A DNA stretch of 64,000 nt from the IMG/VR virus record IMGVR_UViG_3300013815_000001; one strand, 5' to 3'. The notes beneath the pieces are model-generated. The model was not told the origin of the DNA. It saw only the letters and a list, made by a program, of their open reading frames with translations, and did not search any database. The position numbers and the translations under genes were made by a program. Below are positions 38,460-47,595 of this stretch, piece by piece. Within the stretch, counting starts at the first letter, position 1. Each line of letters begins with the position of its first letter. The DNA comes from an uncultured virus (IMG/VR IMGVR_UViG_3300013815_000001). Lineage: Duplodnaviria > Heunggongvirae > Uroviricota > Caudoviricetes.

Positions 38460-38784
38460 CGTTAACCCCCCGGGAGCATGGCAGCGTCAGATATTCTCGC
38501 CCGGTTTTATCGTCTTCCAGCACGCCCTGAATGTCATAAATGCGTCCACGGTAAAGAATGCGGTGCTTATCCGTGACGTCATCACGCCAGCGGATGGTGA
38601 TCCGCGTCGTTACCTCGTTCTGACCTGCTTTCGCAGCCACAAAATCCCGCGCGGAGAGGTCTGTAACGTTAGCCCATACTTGAACCACATCCGCCCAGCC
38701 ACTTTCGATCGCGCCGGAGGTTGGGTTTTGTGTTTTTACAGGCTTTTGTAGCAATATACGTTTGTTCAGCTTTCCGGCCTGCAT
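38452..38784 (-). CDS. head closure / head-tail adaptor
   Basis: MQAGKLNKRI...VWANV...RITIRWRDDV...GRIYDI. Confidence 0.9.
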   Translation of the reverse strand: MQAGKLNKRILLQKPVKTQNPTSGAIESGWADVVQVWANVTDLSARDFVAAKAGQNEVTTRITIRWRDDVTDKHRILYRGRIYDIQGVLEDDKTGREYLTLPCSRGVNDG

Positions 38785-38786
38785 GC

Positions 38787-38993
38787 TCACCCCCGGAGTT
38801 TGCCGCTTAGGTAGGTCGGTACAGGGAAATCAAGCGTTGTCGTTTCGATGTCCTCAGCCAGTGACTGATAAAGCAACGCTACCAGCGCTTCATTTGAGTC
38901 CACCAGGCGATTCAGTGCGACGGTCTGCTCCTGCATCGCCTTCGTCTGCTCGGACATTGCTGCTATCAGCAGGCTTACCTGTTGTTCGTTCAT
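38787..38993 (-). CDS. small hypothetical phage protein
   Basis: 68 aa coiled-coil-like ORF between connector and closure genes. Confidence 0.55.
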   Translation of the reverse strand: MNEQQVSLLIAAMSEQTKAMQEQTVALNRLVDSNEALVALLYQSLAEDIETTTLDFPVPTYLSGKLRG

Positions 38994-39063
38994 AGGCTAT
39001 TTTCATCCAGTTTTTCAGCCATTCTCTCCTGCGTTCACATCCGGCACACGGCATAACTCCCCC

Positions 39064-39390
39064 TTAAATAATGGTTGGCCGACGGAGATCGTAGATAAGC
39101 ATCGTGACGGAGAACGGCAACTCACCTTGCTGAAGCTTTTCTTCCTCTTCACCACCCCGATTGCGATCCAGCCAGCCCAGTAGCATAAGCAGCGCCGTCT
39201 GCGTGCGTCGTAACGGTTCACCTTCGATAAGCGCGCCATCACTGTTGACAATAAGGTCACGGCTTCCCTGGACATAAGCGAGAATAGCGGCGCTGCCGGC
39301 CTGAATTTTCAGGGTCAGATCAGCATCTCCGGCATCATCATCTATGCGCAGGTGCTCTTTTGCCTGCAGGAGAGTAACCAGCTCAATCAC
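39064..39390 (-). CDS. head-tail connector (HK97 gp6-like)
   Basis: LVTLLQAKEHLRID..D.DL..KIQA. Confidence 0.9.
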   Translation of the reverse strand: MIELVTLLQAKEHLRIDDDAGDADLTLKIQAGSAAILAYVQGSRDLIVNSDGALIEGEPLRRTQTALLMLLGWLDRNRGGEEEEKLQQGELPFSVTMLIYDLRRPTII

Positions 39391-40430
39391 GTTTTATCCC
39401 TCCCGTCTCGCCCGCGCTTGGTCGCAAGCGTCCAGCCTTTCGATCCCGTTTCGCCTGGCTTGTCCTGCGTCTGCTCGTCGCAGTGCCAGAGCGAGCCGCC
39501 CCACGTTACCGTGTCGCCTGGCAGGTAGTCCTGGCCGGATTTAAACACGCCTTTATAAATCATGACCGGAACGTCAAAAGACTTGGTTTCACTTCTGCCG
39601 CTGGCGTGGTTAACCGTCAGGGTGAATCGCCGTTGCCCGGAACGCTCAACCTCCACGCCCGCCACACCGTCAACCACACATTCCCATCCGCGCATGCCGT
39701 GCGTTTTCTCATAAGCACGCCACAAACCGCCGTTATGGGTTGCATAAGAGCCGCGAGGGTAGTTTTTCTCTTCATCAATGAATGGCAGAATTTCCAGCGC
39801 CAGCGCATCGCGGCCATCTTCACCATCCCTGCCCGGCTCAGCTGTCGGCAATGCGGACACGGCTTCGCTAACCAGCGTTTTCACATCCGGAAGAACAGGC
39901 ATTGACGATGCGACGAGTTGCTCCAGCATCGGTTGCACGTCTTCGGGCGTAAGGCTTTTGCCGTCCTGCGGTACCGGAATGCCAGCGACAGCTCTGCTTA
40001 CGGCCTCTTCCACTGCCTGCTTCAGTACCGCCGGATCGTAATCCTTACCGTCTTTCGGTGTTGGTAAGCCGCGGAATGCCTTGTCCACCATCTCCTGCAG
40101 CATCGGCTGCACGTCATCGGGCGTCAGGCTTTTTCCGTCCTGCGGAGCCGGAATTGCGGCAACCGCATCAGTGACCATGGAGGCGATATCAGGTAGTTGA
40201 AGAACCTCAGGCGCGGGCAGAGCTGCCACAGCCTCTTCCACCATGGCGGCAAAGTCGGGTGCCGGGACGCTTTTTATTTCTTCCAGTTGCCTTGAAAGCA
40301 GGCTCAGCTTTTCATCGTATTCCTGACGCTGCTGATCAAGGCTTTTACGAAACCCTTCACGCATTTCAGCGAGAGCGTGACTGAACTCTTCACCAAGCAC
40401 CTTTATTAGCGTTAATTCGCGTTCATTCAT
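39387..40430 (-). CDS. 347-aa head-module protein with internal repeats
   Basis: Coiled-coil N-terminus, repeated P.PQDGKSLTP.DVQPML, C-terminal YLPGDTVTWGGSLWHC module. Confidence 0.75.
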   Translation of the reverse strand: MNERELTLIKVLGEEFSHALAEMREGFRKSLDQQRQEYDEKLSLLSRQLEEIKSVPAPDFAAMVEEAVAALPAPEVLQLPDIASMVTDAVAAIPAPQDGKSLTPDDVQPMLQEMVDKAFRGLPTPKDGKDYDPAVLKQAVEEAVSRAVAGIPVPQDGKSLTPEDVQPMLEQLVASSMPVLPDVKTLVSEAVSALPTAEPGRDGEDGRDALALEILPFIDEEKNYPRGSYATHNGGLWRAYEKTHGMRGWECVVDGVAGVEVERSGQRRFTLTVNHASGRSETKSFDVPVMIYKGVFKSGQDYLPGDTVTWGGSLWHCDEQTQDKPGETGSKGWTLATKRGRDGRDKT

Positions 40431-41776
40431 TTGGTAAGCAATCCTCTGAGCATGGCTTTGGCCGCTGATTGCTCAGCGGCAGATAAAGCCTTTCCTTCCT
40501 CACTGGCGGGTTGCGATGGTGCAGAAGAACTACTTTTGCCGAATGGATCATCCGAGGCATCGCGGCGGGCCAGCGCGCCAAGGCTGAAGTTCTGCTGCTG
40601 AAGGTAAAGCTCATCACCACCAGTAACGGGCGGCAGGTTTTCACTACGTCGCGCCTCATTAGGCGTCAGGATGGTATTTTTAACGCCTTCGCCCAGCGTT
40701 TTTATGCGGCGTTCGCTGTCCATACGCAGCAGCGCACTCACATCAAACTCGGTGCCGGTATCACCTTCCAGCTCAAACGCTTCATCCAGCAGCAGCTCAA
40801 TCGACTCAATAAGCGTCTGCAGGCACTGCGAGTAATACTGCTGCTCCAGCGCCTCGATATTGTCGTAGGAGGGAAGCTCGCCTATTCCGGCTTTGTAAGC
40901 CGGGACATGGAAAACCGAACAGCTGATTTTCGCGGTCATCTGAAGCTGTTCAACCATTTGAGCATCAGCTGCCGTCATAGCCGTTGGGTTGTATTTGGCG
41001 CCATTACTCAGGAGGGCTGTTTTCCCTGCGTTTTCACCCGTATATCCCGTATCCCAGTTGTTTTTCAGGATGCGGGCATTTTCCTCGCTGATGCTACCCG
41101 GCACTTCAATAACCCCGCTGGGCTTGCCGCCGTTGCGGAAGAAGAAGGCCGCATTTTCCTGAATATGGTGCCCCTGCATCGCTGCCAGGCCAGCAGCATA
41201 AATCGGTGAAAGACCGATAAGCGGATGAAAGAGGCAGTTAAACCGGTCGTGGATAATCTCTCGTGCCGGGACTGTCACCCCGGATTCAATACCGGCCATA
41301 TTATCCGGGTTAATCTGGTAAAAAACGGAACCGTCATCTGCCACCAGCGGAGTGACCTTGTTCCAGTCCAGAATGCGCAGCTCCGTGATTTCCCCGCGGG
41401 TATTACGGATCTTCAGGACAACTGTATTCCCGTAGCAAAGCTTGGAGTTAAGCCAGCATTCGAAAAACTGCATCCGGTTCTGAAACGCATTCGGGCGCCT
41501 GTAAATTGCGGCAACCTTGCCATTATTGTTTTCTTTCCAGATGCCGTTTGAATCGCGGTGCATCAGCCGCACAGGCATCTTTGCAATATCACTCGCAATC
41601 AGCGATATGCAGGAAAACACGGCGTGGAAGGAAAGGACGGTTTTCTCGTTTATTTCCAGGTTACGCTGCCATGCGCCGGCAAAGGGCTCACGGACAAAAC
41701 TTAGCAGTGAGGTCCAGAGGCCACGGCCTGCGGGTTGCTGCAGCGCCTTTTCTTTTCTCCGGAAAGGATTCCACAT
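40427..41776 (-). CDS. HK97-family portal protein
   Basis: AVFSCISLIASDIAKMP, GLSPI, FFRNGGKPSG, TPNEARRSENLPP. Confidence 0.95.
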   Translation of the reverse strand: MWNPFRRKEKALQQPAGRGLWTSLLSFVREPFAGAWQRNLEINEKTVLSFHAVFSCISLIASDIAKMPVRLMHRDSNGIWKENNNGKVAAIYRRPNAFQNRMQFFECWLNSKLCYGNTVVLKIRNTRGEITELRILDWNKVTPLVADDGSVFYQINPDNMAGIESGVTVPAREIIHDRFNCLFHPLIGLSPIYAAGLAAMQGHHIQENAAFFFRNGGKPSGVIEVPGSISEENARILKNNWDTGYTGENAGKTALLSNGAKYNPTAMTAADAQMVEQLQMTAKISCSVFHVPAYKAGIGELPSYDNIEALEQQYYSQCLQTLIESIELLLDEAFELEGDTGTEFDVSALLRMDSERRIKTLGEGVKNTILTPNEARRSENLPPVTGGDELYLQQQNFSLGALARRDASDDPFGKSSSSAPSQPASEEGKALSAAEQSAAKAMLRGLLTK

Positions 41777-41943
41777 CAGCCATTCCCCGCATTATTTTTC
41801 TTTTTCCCGCCACCAGCACGTTTTGCGCCGGTGTACTCAGCCTTGCCCAGCAGCACCAGCACCCTCGCGCACTGGTCATCCACGTTTTTTTCATCGCCGG
41901 GCTTAGCGTCGTGGGTGCGCTGGAGATATAGGATTTTTGCCAT
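41776..41943 (-). CDS. 55-aa head-associated protein
   Basis: MAKILYLQRTHDAKPGDEKNVDDQCARVLVLLGKAEY...; TGATG overlap with the portal start. Confidence 0.65.
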   Translation of the reverse strand: MAKILYLQRTHDAKPGDEKNVDDQCARVLVLLGKAEYTGAKRAGGGKKKNNAGNG

Positions 41944-41980
41944 GCAAAATGGCGGGGGTTCCCCCGCCCTCCTGTCCTGG

Positions 41981-43921
41981 TTAGCTGGTCTGGGTGGTGC
42001 CGTAGTTCACGCCGGAAATCACGGCGACGGCAGCGGTACGGCGGCGCTTCCAGTTAATCCAGCGTTCGGCGCGGATAGCCACGCTGTTGGTCTGGAACAT
42101 GGAAACCAGCTCGGTGCCAGTACCATTTACGCTGTCGCCGGTTGGTTCGCTCTGCATTTCGAGCGAGGCTTCGCGGGACATGTCTACGGCAACGCCGCCG
42201 TCGTCAGCCAGGTAGATATCCGGCGCGTTAACCAGCACCAGCTGGCTGCCCACATACTGGGAGACGATAACCGGCAACCCCTGGAAGGTACCGCCCAGCA
42301 GCGTCATTTCCGGATACTCTTTCTGGCCCAGCGCGTTCTTGCGCATTGACAGCGCCAGTGCGGTGGTGCTGGACATCAGCCAGACCGCACCGTTCGGCTC
42401 CAGGTTGGCATCAACGAATACGCCGAACGCAGCTGCTGCATCATCGTCCGGATTACCGGTAGACGGGATCGCCGTAATGCCGTTAGTAACTGAAGCCGGA
42501 GAGACGTTAGTAACTTCAGCTTTGGACGGGTTGATAAAGTCGGTGTCCAGACGGGCAATAACCGCCTCGGCCAGCGCGTTACGCACCAGCGCATCGGCTG
42601 CGGGGTTGGAGAAGCGGATCAGTTCATCGGTCAGCACCGCTATTGCGGCTACTTTGGCGAAGCTGAAAGTGATCGACTCAAAGTCGAACTTGGTCAGCGG
42701 CTTCGCCTTGCCCTGACCTACCCAGTTCGCTGAACCACCGGAGGTCTGCGCCGGGATGCGGACATTGAAAGGCACCTCGCGCAGTGCAGGGATGCCACCC
42801 TGCCCGAAGCGTCCGATGATGGTCTTCGGTCGCAGGAACTCCACGAAATCCTGGGCGTACTCCTGGTATTCAACCAGCGCGCCCGCCCATTTCGGGTCGG
42901 TGGTGGTGCCTGCGCCGACAGCCGCCTTCAGGACATGATGCAGTTTCGCATCGTCCGGATACTGCTTACGCGCAATCTCCAGCGCCTCTGAGCGGCTGCC
43001 GTTCGCAGCGGCCAGCGCCTTGGCGAAGCGGGCAAAGGCGATGCCTTTTTCCAGCTTCTGCTCTACGCGAATGATGCCCGGCGCGCTGGTCGTTACGACA
43101 TTCACATCGCCGCCCGCCGCTTTGCTTACCGGTTTGGCAGTCGCAGCGAGGTTACTTTCCATGTCGCGCAGACGCTTCAGGTGCGCATCCACGGATTTGA
43201 TTTCGGCGGAGGTGTTGTCGTAGCTCTCCTCTTCTTCCATATCAAGCGTACGCCCGGCTTCGGCGGCTTTCGCCATAATGTCGGAGAGAGACGCCGCCAG
43301 CGCCGAACGCTTTGCTTCAAAGCTTTTGATTTGTTCTGCGATATTCATCGAACTGTTTCCTTTATTGGTATTGATTTTGGGTGCTGTAGCGCCAGCGGAC
43401 TGTGTTGCTTTAACCACCGGTTTCTCTTTGCCTGCCGCGGCGAGTAACTGGCGGTCGAAGGATTTCACGGTGTTAATGGAACATTCAGCGTTTGCCGGAA
43501 TGGTCACTGCCGAGACTTCAAGAAGGTCCCAGGACAAAAAGCGGATACCGCCTTCATCCAGGAAGGAATACTCAATCGGCCGGAAGCCGATAGAGAGACC
43601 GCGAACCAGCCCCGCCTTAATGGATGCCCAGGCCTCATCGAGGCGGGCGGCCAGCTGGGACGGCATATCCGGGGTGGGTTTCACCAGTTTTGCTGTGATC
43701 TCAAGCCCGCCCTTAACCATTTTTGGTGTGCAGGTGCCGATGGGTTGTGAGCGGTCATGCTGCCAGAGGAACGGCGTGTCGCTGCGGAACTTCGCGCCCT
43801 CCGGCTCCATGATGTCCCCGTCACGGTCAGGCGAAGGCGTGGAGGCGATGCCGGTAATGATCCGCTCGTCCTCGTTCACCGCCTTAACCGTCATAAGGGT
43901 GCATGCGCGATTAAGCGTCAT
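41981..43921 (-). CDS. fused prohead protease-major capsid protein (HK97 fold)
   Basis: LWQHD, GLSIGF, EVSAVTIPAN protease motifs, then capsid (WVGQGKAKP, SMFQTNSVAIRAE); ends GTTQTS. Confidence 0.93.
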   Translation of the reverse strand: MTLNRACTLMTVKAVNEDERIITGIASTPSPDRDGDIMEPEGAKFRSDTPFLWQHDRSQPIGTCTPKMVKGGLEITAKLVKPTPDMPSQLAARLDEAWASIKAGLVRGLSIGFRPIEYSFLDEGGIRFLSWDLLEVSAVTIPANAECSINTVKSFDRQLLAAAGKEKPVVKATQSAGATAPKINTNKGNSSMNIAEQIKSFEAKRSALAASLSDIMAKAAEAGRTLDMEEEESYDNTSAEIKSVDAHLKRLRDMESNLAATAKPVSKAAGGDVNVVTTSAPGIIRVEQKLEKGIAFARFAKALAAANGSRSEALEIARKQYPDDAKLHHVLKAAVGAGTTTDPKWAGALVEYQEYAQDFVEFLRPKTIIGRFGQGGIPALREVPFNVRIPAQTSGGSANWVGQGKAKPLTKFDFESITFSFAKVAAIAVLTDELIRFSNPAADALVRNALAEAVIARLDTDFINPSKAEVTNVSPASVTNGITAIPSTGNPDDDAAAAFGVFVDANLEPNGAVWLMSSTTALALSMRKNALGQKEYPEMTLLGGTFQGLPVIVSQYVGSQLVLVNAPDIYLADDGGVAVDMSREASLEMQSEPTGDSVNGTGTELVSMFQTNSVAIRAERWINWKRRRTAAVAVISGVNYGTTQTS

Positions 43922-43979
43922 TTAGCTGCCTCCTGAAACGAAAAAACCCGCCGGAGCGGGTCGTTAACTGACGTAACTG

Positions 43980-45638
43980 TCATATGAAATGCACCTGGTA
44001 ATCCTGCTTTTTCGCTTCAGGGTTCAGCGCCATGAGCGAAACGCTGTTGAACAGCGCCATCAGCGGGTCAATCTTGCCCTTGCCGCTGGCCTGCTTGGTA
44101 ATGAGGATGGCGTTACCTTTCGGCTCCACCCGGGCATTACCCACACACCAGGCCATCATCGGTTGCCCGCCATGGATCAGCACACCCTCGGCAAGCTTGC
44201 GTTCGGTGGTTTTAATCGCGCCGCCCAGGCGCCAGCCCTGGCTTACACCCACTACTGCATCAGCAGGAATGTCAGCCTCAATCAGGGCATCAAGGATTTG
44301 CCCGACACCCGAAGGGTCAATGCCTATCTTGTCGAGCAGTTCGGCAACGTGGACGCGCCGGACGTATTCCGCCACCTCTTCGGTATCCTGCCCCATCCGC
44401 TTCACGATGGTCAGGTCGCCTGCCCTCACGAAGTCATTGAACCTGGACTCCTCGCTCTTACGCCGCCGGATGGCTATCTCATGTGCCCAGGCATGGCACC
44501 AGCAGAGCCACTCCCGCGTTTCAGCGTCACGTCCGACTGCAGCGAAGCCCAGCAGGTCATCAAGACCACCACCATCGATGCCGACGGTGATCACCTCGGC
44601 GCGCCGCAGCAAATCATCAAAACTGACGCGCTGCGCCTGCTGCTCCCAGAAATCGACGCCCGCCCAGCGGTCGCTGCGCAGGTTAAGGCCAATTTCTATA
44701 TTGAGGTGCTTTGCCAGGAACTGCTGCAGCGTGCCGTCTGTTTTCGCCTGGTTCTTGCGGAGCTGGTCGGCTATCCACTCGGCGCTGACCGAGCGGCCGA
44801 TGTTCGGGTTGGTGATGTAGAAGTTTTCCGGATCGAGATAAGCCTTGCTTTCCACCATCCGTTCCGGGAACTCGTAGAGGATGCCCAGCGTTTTCGGATC
44901 ATTTATCGTGCCATCACGGACACTGCGCCAGTAATCGAGCCGTTCCTTAAAAACACCTGCCGGCGGCTCGTCGCTCTGCGTGGTGAGAAATATCACCCAT
45001 CCTTCATTACGCGAGACCTGCCCGCCGAGCGCTTCCATAAACATCGCCTCTGCATTGGCGCGCTTGCCGAACAGCCAGAGCTCGTCAACCAGAATACGGC
45101 CCGACTTCTTACCTGATACGGTGTCCGTGTCTGCGGCCACCACTTTGAGCGTATTTCGCGTCACCCGGTGCGTAATCGTGCGGATATGGTCCTGGATCTG
45201 GAACATATCAGACAGCTCATCGTCGGCGCGTATCATGCCGGCGGCAGGCTTGAAGCTGTTATCGGCAACCTCTTTGGTGGGTGCCAGAATCAGATGCTCT
45301 TCGTCCTCTCGCCAGCAGAGGATCAGCGCGGTCAGCATGATGCCCGCTGCGATGGTAGACTTGGTGTTCTTTTTCGATATCAGCAGTCCGTATTCGCGGA
45401 TGAGCTGGTTGCCTGTTTCGGCGTCGTATCCGCCGAAGATGGCTTTCACGAAGTCGAACACCCATTCTTCAGAGCATTCACCGAAAGCAGGCTTGCCCGG
45501 CAGGTCAGAAACCCGCAGTTCACGGAAGATACCCAGCGCCTGTTCCGCCTGATCGGGAAATATAGGCGGCGGAATGATGGACTCGCCGGCAACCAGGCGC
45601 GATTCCCAGTCCGTACAGGCTGTAGACCACTGCGCCAT
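43980..45638 (-). CDS. terminase large subunit
   Basis: ISKKNTKST Walker A, LVDELW Walker B, GIDGGGLDDL, GKIDPLMA. Confidence 0.94.
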   Translation of the reverse strand: MAQWSTACTDWESRLVAGESIIPPPIFPDQAEQALGIFRELRVSDLPGKPAFGECSEEWVFDFVKAIFGGYDAETGNQLIREYGLLISKKNTKSTIAAGIMLTALILCWREDEEHLILAPTKEVADNSFKPAAGMIRADDELSDMFQIQDHIRTITHRVTRNTLKVVAADTDTVSGKKSGRILVDELWLFGKRANAEAMFMEALGGQVSRNEGWVIFLTTQSDEPPAGVFKERLDYWRSVRDGTINDPKTLGILYEFPERMVESKAYLDPENFYITNPNIGRSVSAEWIADQLRKNQAKTDGTLQQFLAKHLNIEIGLNLRSDRWAGVDFWEQQAQRVSFDDLLRRAEVITVGIDGGGLDDLLGFAAVGRDAETREWLCWCHAWAHEIAIRRRKSEESRFNDFVRAGDLTIVKRMGQDTEEVAEYVRRVHVAELLDKIGIDPSGVGQILDALIEADIPADAVVGVSQGWRLGGAIKTTERKLAEGVLIHGGQPMMAWCVGNARVEPKGNAILITKQASGKGKIDPLMALFNSVSLMALNPEAKKQDYQVHFI

Positions 45639-45641
45639 AAA

Positions 45642-46139
45642 TTACCCCTTGTTGTTCACGACCAGCTTCGGCGGCGCCATCGCACCAAACTTGCTGGCAC
45701 CGGAAGCAGCTTTTGCCGCGGCGTTGCGCGCCTCTTTTTTCCCTGTTTCCCCTTTTTTGGGGTGAATATAGGGAAGCATCGCCTTCGCCGCGTCCTTTCT
45801 GACGTCAATTTCTTCGGTGGCGTCGTTCATTACGGCCATCAGAAACTTAAGCGGATCGTCGTAGGCACCAGCTGCGGCCGGCGCCAGTGGCACATCATTT
45901 TTCTCGGTAGTGTTTACCGTTGGGTTATAAACATTTTTCCGGCAGGCCGGTATGTCATCTGTCTCGATAACTTCCTTTTTTTTACGCTCAATAAACGCGA
46001 TGACCTCCGGGTCTTTTGCAAGCTGCGACCCCTTGGACCGTGCGGATTTCTCAGAATATCCCGCCCTCACCGCCGCATCTTTTTGAGACATACCGGACAT
46101 CAGCGCGACAGCGAATTTACGCTTTTGCGCTGTTAACAT
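45642..46139 (-). CDS. terminase small subunit
   Basis: MLTAQKRKFA...AAVRAGYSEKSA HTH; AAKAMLPYIHPK. Confidence 0.9.
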   Translation of the reverse strand: MLTAQKRKFAVALMSGMSQKDAAVRAGYSEKSARSKGSQLAKDPEVIAFIERKKKEVIETDDIPACRKNVYNPTVNTTEKNDVPLAPAAAGAYDDPLKFLMAVMNDATEEIDVRKDAAKAMLPYIHPKKGETGKKEARNAAAKAASGASKFGAMAPPKLVVNNKG

Positions 46140-46245
46140 GTTTATACCCTCCAGAGGGGAATTTTTTCTGTGCGTGAGAGGGGGGGCGGTGTCCAGCGCG
46201 ATCGATGTTTACTTCGGAACATACCCCCCCTGGGGTTGGCAGGCG

Positions 46246-46614
46246 TCAGAGCCCCACGAAGCCCGGCGCCTGATTGCCTTCCGGCACGGCATGCTTCAGG
46301 GCTTCTTCATCAGGCTGACCGGCTGCCGCTTCGCGTGCCGACTTCCCGGCATGGCAGTCAGTGCATAACGTCCACAGGTTTCGCTCTGAGTTATCGCCGC
46401 CGAACTGCAACGCGATGCGGTGGTCGAGCTCGCTTTCATGCAGATCTACCGCGCGTGAGCACATGCAGCAGTACCCACCGTCACGCACCCAGATTCGACG
46501 CTTAAGGCCAACGCGGGCACTGCCGCTGATGCGCCGTTGCTCGCCGTATACAGGCTTGATACGGCGCGTATCGATAACCTTCAGCCGTGGCTTTAACGTG
46601 GTCAGCTTAGCCAT
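46246..46614 (-). CDS. packaging-associated HNH endonuclease
   Basis: RDGGYCCMC...ELDHRIAL..GG...NLWTLCTDCH; directly upstream of terS. Confidence 0.92.
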   Translation of the reverse strand: MAKLTTLKPRLKVIDTRRIKPVYGEQRRISGSARVGLKRRIWVRDGGYCCMCSRAVDLHESELDHRIALQFGGDNSERNLWTLCTDCHAGKSAREAAAGQPDEEALKHAVPEGNQAPGFVGL

Positions 46615-47200
46615 AAAGTCTCCATGCGCGGCGGCGCTCGCGGCGCGGTTGTCTGTCGGGATGCTTTTCTACAGGCAGGCCATCAGCATGGTCCACCAGC
46701 GAGCTACACGGATAAATCACCGGACCGCCGCAGGCATCACCAATCGCGTAATCAGCAGGCTTGCTCGCATCCCAGCGCGCCAGCACCTTCGGGATTAACT
46801 TCGGGGGTACGCTGTAGCACACAGCATGCACCAGGCGCTGCATGGTGATGTGGTCAGTCTTTTCGCGGTCAGCGGCAATAAGCTTTGTGGCTATCTCCAG
46901 TTGATACTGTGGCGGACGACCGGTACCGAGATAAAAGCTGATAAGGGAATCCGGGAAGCGGATTAGCCATTCGCTAACAAGAATTTCAAAGCCATCTACT
47001 GGCAGGGCGTCATCCTCCAATACCACTACCGGGCGGTTCTGTCCTGCAGCCCACCCGAGAGCCCTACGATGGTTCCAGTTTGCACCGTTATCACCTTCAT
47101 CAATGATTAGACAGGCATTTAAGGATGCAGCGAGCTGGTGTGCAGTATTCATACGCGAATGATGGGCCACAACCGCATACAAAATTGTTTCTTCTGTCAT
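46607..47200 (-). CDS. putative glycosyltransferase (GT-A fold)
   Basis: VVAHHSR, NHRRA, VVVLEDDALP DxD-type motif, SLVDHAD. Confidence 0.72.
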   Translation of the reverse strand: MTEETILYAVVAHHSRMNTAHQLAASLNACLIIDEGDNGANWNHRRALGWAAGQNRPVVVLEDDALPVDGFEILVSEWLIRFPDSLISFYLGTGRPPQYQLEIATKLIAADREKTDHITMQRLVHAVCYSVPPKLIPKVLARWDASKPADYAIGDACGGPVIYPCSSLVDHADGLPVEKHPDRQPRRERRRAWRLYG

Positions 47201-47288
47201 GCTGGTTCCTTGAACACTGTGCTTTTATCAGGATACCCATGCCTATGTTATGGGTTTAGGCTGGAGGTTCTCTAACCAAGGAGGTCTT

Positions 47289-47459
47289 ATGTCCGGGCTT
47301 ATAAATCCCAAAGAAAAACCTGAAGAATCTGCATATGCGTTATTAATTGAATTGGTCAGGGCAGAGAGAGTGCCGGTTTGCAGCGCTGGAAATATTTCTT
47401 CTCTTTTAGATATTTATGATCAAGCTGTTCAACATTTTAAAAAAGAAGAGTCGCAGTAA
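47289..47459 (+). CDS. 56-aa antisense moron protein
   Basis: AAGGAGG RBS; MSGLINPKEKPEESAYALLIELVRAERVP...; AT-rich. Confidence 0.6.
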   Translation: MSGLINPKEKPEESAYALLIELVRAERVPVCSAGNISSLLDIYDQAVQHFKKEESQ

Positions 47460-47595
47460 AACAGTATCTTTATTGAATTTTACGAGCGGAACAGCGATAA
47501 ACGATGCGCTTTCCGCTCTTATTTTCAGCACGTTTGATTTTTTGTATTTCTATTCAACCGACTTTCAAAGGCTTCATCCCCATACTTTTATGGCA

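Noticed and set aside
46140..46245. Lambdoid cos site between HNH and terS
   Set aside because: Position and G/C runs are suggestive, but the cohesive end cannot be defined from sequence alone
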